From Candidatus Latescibacterota bacterium (lineage in GTDB: Bacteria; Latescibacterota; UBA2968; UBA8231), in contig OY730476.1 in assembly GCA_963422735.1 (NCBI GenBank), positions 3,904,001 through 3,968,000 of the forward strand: a DNA stretch of 64,000 nucleotides, given 5' to 3'. The notes beneath the pieces were generated by a model, which did no database searches, was not told the origin of the DNA, and saw only the letters and a list, made by a program, of their open reading frames with translations. This document shows, one piece after another, positions 59,027-64,000 of this stretch (position 1 is the first letter of the stretch; each line of letters starts with the position of its first letter). Both the position numbers and the translations under genes were made by a program.

Positions 59027-60232
59027 ATGAGTAAGAGAAGGCAGATCATGTTTCAACAGTTAGAAATGGCGCCGGCGGACCCCATCTTGGGGCTGAGCGC
59101 GGCGTTCAAGAGCGACGCGAATCCAAACAAAATCAACCTCAGCGTTGGCGTCTATCGGGATGCGAGCGGCCAGACGCCGGTTTTGGCTTCAGTGCAAACG
59201 GCGCAAGAGCGCGTCTTGGCTGCGGAAAAGACCAAGAGCTATTTGAGCATTGAGGGCAGCCCGGAATACGGCACTGCCGTGCGGGAGCTAATTTTGGGCG
59301 TTGGGCACGAAGCGGCCAAACGCGCCATCACCGTGCAAAGCCCCGGCGGCACTGGAGCCTTGCGCCTAGCGGGCGATTTCCTCGCCCAGCACCTAGGCAA
59401 CCGGTCCGTGTGGATAAGCGACCCGACTTGGGCCAATCATCCCAAGGTCTTTGCCGCAGCCGGCCTACAAGTCGAGACCTATTCCTATTTTGACGCCCGT
59501 GCCAACAGCCTCGATGCCGACGCCTTACTCGCCGCGCTCGGGCAAATTCCCTCTGGCCACGTGGTGCTGTTGCACGGCTGTTGCCACAACCCCACCGGCT
59601 GCGACCCCACCCCGGACACTTGGCGGCAGATCGCTGAGGTCGTTGCCGAGCGCGGCCTGTTGCCCTTAGTCGATTTTGCCTATCAGGGATTCGGCGATGG
59701 GTTGTGCGAGGACGCGGCTGGCCTGCTGGCACTCTGCGACGCGGGCTGCGAGCTACTCGTGGCTAGCTCCTTTTCCAAAAACTTCAGCCTGTACAACGAG
59801 CGCGTCGGTGCCCTGACTTTGATCGCCGCGGACGCCGAGGCCGCGCTCAGGGCCTTGAGCCATCTCAAAATCGCAGCGCGCACCAGCTACTCCAATCCCC
59901 CGGCCCACGGCGCGGCCATTGTCAGTGAAATCCTCGGCGACTCGGTGCTTTGCCGCCAATGGGAAGGCGAATTGGCCCAGATGCGCGAGCGAATCAACCG
60001 CGTGCGCCAACGGCTCGTCGCTCGGCTCAGCGAGCAGGGCGTAGGGCGCGACTTTTCGTTTATTGAGCGGCAGCGAGGGATGTTCTCTTTCTCGGGCTTG
60101 AACGCCGAGCAGGTCGAGGTGCTGCGGGAACAGTACGCGATCTACATCGTAGCGGGAGGGCGCATCAACGTCGCCGGCCTGACCGAAGACAACCTCGATT
60201 ACTTCTGCGCCTCGGTGGCCGCCGTCCTGTGA
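59027..60232 (+). CDS. aspC: Aspartate/aromatic amino acid aminotransferase
   Basis: APADPILGL, NLSVGVYRD, HGCCHNPTG, DFAYQGF, SFSKNFSLYNERVG. Confidence 0.92.
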   Translation: MSKRRQIMFQQLEMAPADPILGLSAAFKSDANPNKINLSVGVYRDASGQTPVLASVQTAQERVLAAEKTKSYLSIEGSPEYGTAVRELILGVGHEAAKRAITVQSPGGTGALRLAGDFLAQHLGNRSVWISDPTWANHPKVFAAAGLQVETYSYFDARANSLDADALLAALGQIPSGHVVLLHGCCHNPTGCDPTPDTWRQIAEVVAERGLLPLVDFAYQGFGDGLCEDAAGLLALCDAGCELLVASSFSKNFSLYNERVGALTLIAADAEAALRALSHLKIAARTSYSNPPAHGAAIVSEILGDSVLCRQWEGELAQMRERINRVRQRLVARLSEQGVGRDFSFIERQRGMFSFSGLNAEQVEVLREQYAIYIVAGGRINVAGLTEDNLDYFCASVAAVL

Positions 60233-60233
60233 G

Positions 60234-61298
60234 CTATTGCACCGAAAAGCTCACAGCGCGCACCAGCACCGGGGTGCCGGTGAGGATTTCCGCTTGGCTC
60301 GACAAGGTGTTGCCGTCGTCGTACACAAAGGTCTCTGGCCGGCCTAGGTAAATATCCTCGTTGCCGCGCAAAATCTCGAGGGGTTCGAGGTGCTGGAGAA
60401 AGTCGATCAGTGCCTGATCGAGCATTTCTAGCCCGGTGAAGCGGTCGATTTGCCCCTCTTGGACAAGCGTGGCGAATTGCTCGTAGAACGGCTCGGCGTT
60501 TTCGGCCAGTAGCCGTGGGCCAGCGAGGAAGTACAGGGTATAGACTTGATCGATCTCGTTGAAGGTGATCCAATTGTTCTCGCCTGGGCCATATTGGACG
60601 ATGTCCGAATAGACGAATTGTTCGTCAAATAAGGTCTCTAACGCGCCGGCGGAGCTGCATAAAAAGGCGTGGACCTCGACGTCTCGGCTCAGTTTGAAGC
60701 GCAGTTGCAGTTGGTCGCCTTGCTGCAATTGTACGCCCTCTGCCAGTTCGACAGTTTGGGCGACGCCTCCTTCTTCGCGTTTGGCAATCAGGTGCAATTC
60801 TACTTCAACTGGCCCATCGCTCGCGTCGGTTCCACGCTGGCGCAAGGCGACCTCATGGCGCACGTCCCGCTCCAAGATGCGGGCGGTGCGGGCCGCCACT
60901 AGTTCGCCGCTGGCCCGCTCGACTAAAAACATCCGCACGTACATCCACGGGGCGTCCGCTTCGAGCCGTCCGCCCAATGCGAGCGCGGCGCGCCCTCCTT
61001 GCTTTAGGCCCACTAATTCCTCGTTGCGCCACCGCTTCCCGGTCGTGTCCGCCAGCCCCACCGCGACCTCGGCCCCCATTAGCGCGGATAGCAAGTAGTC
61101 GTCGAGTACCTTGGTCGCCTCGGTCTGTACGCCGGCGGGGTCGCGCAATCCCAGCCAGTCAACCTCGCCCTCCCGGCCCTCGACGATCGCCGCTAGGTTT
61201 TGGGCCGTAGTCGCTAGCTGACGGCTTTGCTTCTGCCCGCCGACAAAGGGTACACAGCCGCTAAGAGAGAGTATGAGTACAATCACCAGCGCAGCCAT
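60234..61298 (-). CDS. Lipoprotein, probably with a DUF4384-like C-terminal domain
   Basis: LSGC lipobox; LQQGDQLQLRF...SSAG...LF pattern. Confidence 0.62.
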   Translation of the reverse strand: MAALVIVLILSLSGCVPFVGGQKQSRQLATTAQNLAAIVEGREGEVDWLGLRDPAGVQTEATKVLDDYLLSALMGAEVAVGLADTTGKRWRNEELVGLKQGGRAALALGGRLEADAPWMYVRMFLVERASGELVAARTARILERDVRHEVALRQRGTDASDGPVEVELHLIAKREEGGVAQTVELAEGVQLQQGDQLQLRFKLSRDVEVHAFLCSSAGALETLFDEQFVYSDIVQYGPGENNWITFNEIDQVYTLYFLAGPRLLAENAEPFYEQFATLVQEGQIDRFTGLEMLDQALIDFLQHLEPLEILRGNEDIYLGRPETFVYDDGNTLSSQAEILTGTPVLVRAVSFSVQ

Positions 61299-61299
61299 G

Positions 61300-63009
61300 T
61301 CACTTCTCCAGCCGCCGCAAAACGGGCAACAGCATATCCTCGGCCACGCGCTCCCAACTCATCTTCCGAGCCGCCGCATAGCCTTCGGCAAGCAGCCTGT
61401 TGCGGCCGGTCGCGCCCGCGGCCAACTGACTGGCCAAAGCGCTGGCTACCACCCGGCTTTGCAATGCTTCGACCTGTGTGCGTTCCCGCAAGCCAATCGG
61501 TTGGTCGGCGCGGCCCACCTCGTCGAGTTGGGTATAGGCTCCCTCGATAAAGCCGTCCAGCCCCGCCTCTCCGGCTGCTTGGCGCACAAAGCCGCGGCAG
61601 CCGCACACATCGCTGATCACGCTGATGGTGCCAGAGCTTAAGCACTCGACTTGGGAAATGCCGAAAGGCTCGTAAATTGACTGTCCGAACTCCACGTCGC
61701 TGCCTCGGCGCAAATCGGCAAACTCCGCATTGGCCGGCAGGAAAGTGCCACAGCTTTGTTGGTCCCAACCGAATTGGTTGACAAAAAGTGCCTTGACGGC
61801 ACGTGTGCGCGCATTAAAGGCGCGGACTAAAAGGTCGAATTTTAGCTCGCCGCTGCTGAGATCGCTCCCCCCCTCGCGGTGGACCAGCGGCCAACCGTAA
61901 GCGACCATCTGCTGGACATCCTCGGGATCGCGGCGGCCGGTCTCGGTTGTCAACGCGATAAACAGCACCTGTTGCCCTCGCTTCCACAGGTGGCGATCGA
62001 GGTGTTCGAGCACCAGCAAATCGCGCCACAATCCCTTGCTCTCGACTAGGCGAGCGACGTGCGTGAAGATCAGATCTGGGGTCCAACCCAAGAGCGCGGA
62101 CCCGCTGGCCTGCATTTTTTTTCGCGCCGCCTCCCGATCGGCCGCGGACAACTCAGCGGCCGGCACCCCATTATACACGAGGTCAATGGGACGAGCGGCG
62201 AATTCCGGCCCGAGAAAGCGCAACTCCTCCACCACCCAATCGCCGACGGCGAGGACTGCGTCGAGACGATAGGCTTGGCTGACGAGGGCGTGTTTGAAAT
62301 AGCCGTCTTGAGGACCGAATAGCTCGTCGATGTACTGGCCATTTGCTCGCGCTTGGCGCAGCGCATTGTAAAAGGCAATGTCGCGCCCGGGCCGCTCCTC
62401 CACTAAGGGCCGCACGGTGGCCACTTCGTGCGCGTAGAACAGGGTCTTACACGCCGCATCGCTCATCAGGGCCTTGAAGGCGGTACCTAGCCCCATGAAC
62501 TCATGCGCCAACAGCAAGAAGGGCGCGTCCCCAACCAGTGAGCGCACGGCCGCGAAACCCGGCTCGGCTAAGCGCATGTATTGCTCGTATTCCCAGTCCT
62601 GTTCGTAGCGGTGTGATTCGAGGCCAAAGTGGAGGAATAGATCGCGTTTGAATTCGTTCAGCCGCTGAGGTGGGTGGCTCACATCCACCAGCAGCACCTC
62701 TGGCGAGGCTCGGTGCCCGTCTTGGGTCAGCAAGCGTCGGCCATAGACCAATCGCACGCCAAATTCCCGCTCGACTGAGCTGAGTCGGTTGGCGACGTTG
62801 GCGGCGCGGATGCTGCGGCTGGCGTCGTAGAGGATCTCGCCGTCTGGGCCGAGTGGTTGGGCACTGTTTGGATCGACTAGGGGGCCGAGCAGGATGGTGC
62901 GTTGGCAATGGCTCTGGTAGCTGCGGGCCGTGATCAGGCCGCGCAGGACCGTGCCAATGCCACCGGCTTGCTGCACGGCTTCGTGCGTGACGTGGACGAG
63001 CGTGGCCAT
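61300..63009 (-). CDS. GT-B glycosyltransferase, glycogen-synthase (GT3)-like
   Basis: HEAVQQAGGIGTVL, AHEFMG, YNGV, ARLVESKG, SIYEPFGISQVEC. Confidence 0.75.
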   Translation of the reverse strand: MATLVHVTHEAVQQAGGIGTVLRGLITARSYQSHCQRTILLGPLVDPNSAQPLGPDGEILYDASRSIRAANVANRLSSVEREFGVRLVYGRRLLTQDGHRASPEVLLVDVSHPPQRLNEFKRDLFLHFGLESHRYEQDWEYEQYMRLAEPGFAAVRSLVGDAPFLLLAHEFMGLGTAFKALMSDAACKTLFYAHEVATVRPLVEERPGRDIAFYNALRQARANGQYIDELFGPQDGYFKHALVSQAYRLDAVLAVGDWVVEELRFLGPEFAARPIDLVYNGVPAAELSAADREAARKKMQASGSALLGWTPDLIFTHVARLVESKGLWRDLLVLEHLDRHLWKRGQQVLFIALTTETGRRDPEDVQQMVAYGWPLVHREGGSDLSSGELKFDLLVRAFNARTRAVKALFVNQFGWDQQSCGTFLPANAEFADLRRGSDVEFGQSIYEPFGISQVECLSSGTISVISDVCGCRGFVRQAAGEAGLDGFIEGAYTQLDEVGRADQPIGLRERTQVEALQSRVVASALASQLAAGATGRNRLLAEGYAAARKMSWERVAEDMLLPVLRRLEK

Positions 63010-63193
63010 TGTAGAGTTGGGTCAAAGAAGGAGAAAGTTAGTTCGGCGATCTACTCCCTAGCCGCCGCGTCGTCTTGGTTATTCTTACGACTTCTCACTT
63101 GCTGCAAACCGTGGGTCGAAGATAATGCGCTCAAATCCCAGTATTGATCCCCCTCAGTGGAGGGCCGATTCGTGGAGTGCGTATATGTACAGT

Positions 63194-63808
63194 TCATTTC
63201 AGCAGAGGTACTGGATATCCACACATGATCCTCTGTAATAGGTGCGGTTCGTCTTCAAAGAAGGATTGGAAACTGGGGTCGTTCTGAACCTGATCTGCTA
63301 GAAAAGCCCCACGTCTCTCTTCCTGCCTGATGAAGGCTATAATTTGTTGAGTTGCCCAATGCACTGCTCCGCTATCTACTCGTCTTGGTGGGTAGAATCG
63401 TCCACGTTCAACGAGGGGTCCCCATGATGATCTCAGCAGATTCGCCTCGTCTTGGGGCACGAAGAACAAGGGAAATTGGATGTGGCACAATTCCAAGCGG
63501 AAACTCAGGTTTTCCTGAAGCAGATTTGAATAGGCCAATTCGACGCTGGTCCATCCACGCCCTTGCGAGAGAAAGTTTGCCGTGACAAAATACACAACGT
63601 GCCGGCAGCGTATAATGCCCTCTCGAAGGGCGGCAAACGCTTCTTGGCCTCTAGGGTAATGATGACGGTCGAGCCACGGCCAGTACTCGTTGTTTTCTAG
63701 CGCATTGAACGCGGGCTGCACTAGGTGAACTCGATCTTCAGCACAATGTAAGAGAAACACATGATGGGTACAACGCGGTAGATGCTTGATCTTCCAATCG
63801 CCGATCAT
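63194..63808 (-). CDS. TIR domain protein
   Basis: VFLLHCAED...WLD...LREGIIRCRHVVYFVTANFL...WTSVEL, with the conserved Glu. Confidence 0.82.
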   Translation of the reverse strand: MIGDWKIKHLPRCTHHVFLLHCAEDRVHLVQPAFNALENNEYWPWLDRHHYPRGQEAFAALREGIIRCRHVVYFVTANFLSQGRGWTSVELAYSNLLQENLSFRLELCHIQFPLFFVPQDEANLLRSSWGPLVERGRFYPPRRVDSGAVHWATQQIIAFIRQEERRGAFLADQVQNDPSFQSFFEDEPHLLQRIMCGYPVPLLK

Positions 63809-63817
63809 TCAAGCGGC

Positions 63818-64000
63818 CTATTCATCCAGCGGAGGGAAGGGTGCCACTTCCAGAGTAGATGCGGCGATGCCTGTAAGCGCAGTAATCAACTCCTCGCCAA
63901 GGGAGGTCGGACAAGCGAATATACGATGCTTAATTTCCATAACACCGCCTTCGGCCATGTTTTCACACGCCTTCATAATAGGGCCGAGCGTGTATTTCTC
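63818..64000 (-). CDS. C-terminus of an unknown protein directly upstream of the TIR gene (partial)
   Basis: Open frame EKYTLGPIMKACENMAEGGVMEIKHRIFACPTSLGEELITALTGIAASTLEVAPFPPLDE*, stop 9 nt before the TIR ATG. Confidence 0.55.
   Translation of the reverse strand, partial: EKYTLGPIMKACENMAEGGVMEIKHRIFACPTSLGEELITALTGIAASTLEVAPFPPLDE

Overview
GC-rich bacterial chromosome segment. The gene content suggests a marine or sponge-associated FCB-superphylum organism such as Ca. Latescibacterota; this is inferred from three PhyH dioxygenases, two Gfo/Idh/MocA oxidoreductases, a sulfatase, an FlgD-Ig-tailed secreted protein, Fn3 fragments and an ElbD-like enzyme. A metabolic and housekeeping backbone (ctaA, rpsR, arfB, a sigma-70 factor, pepF, uxuA, lgt, an MCE/Mla transporter, folA, aspC) is interrupted by short, mostly decayed defence or mobile fragments. 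These are an mrr pseudogene beside an MjaI-like R-M pair, a PaeR7I-like MTase tail, HTH-IrrE plus PIN, a type III Res tail, a HEPN/ParA/RmuC chimera, an AAA stub, a tnpB stub and a TIR gene. No rRNA, tRNA or CRISPR array was seen. Most notable: (1) a ~14 kb lipid locus in which an ElbD-like ether-lipid enzyme with a degenerate adenylation domain is tightly coupled to lgt and divergent from a lipid kinase and an MCE transporter carrying an uncharacterised beta-barrel gene; (2) a full-length bacterial protein closely resembling vertebrate ANKH; (3) a stand-alone rpsR that appears to start at AUC and is co-transcribed with a BMC shell gene; (4) heptamer-repeat elements, one inserted with a ~34 bp target duplication, and a separate MITE-like family. 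All family assignments come from motif recognition; no database search was run.
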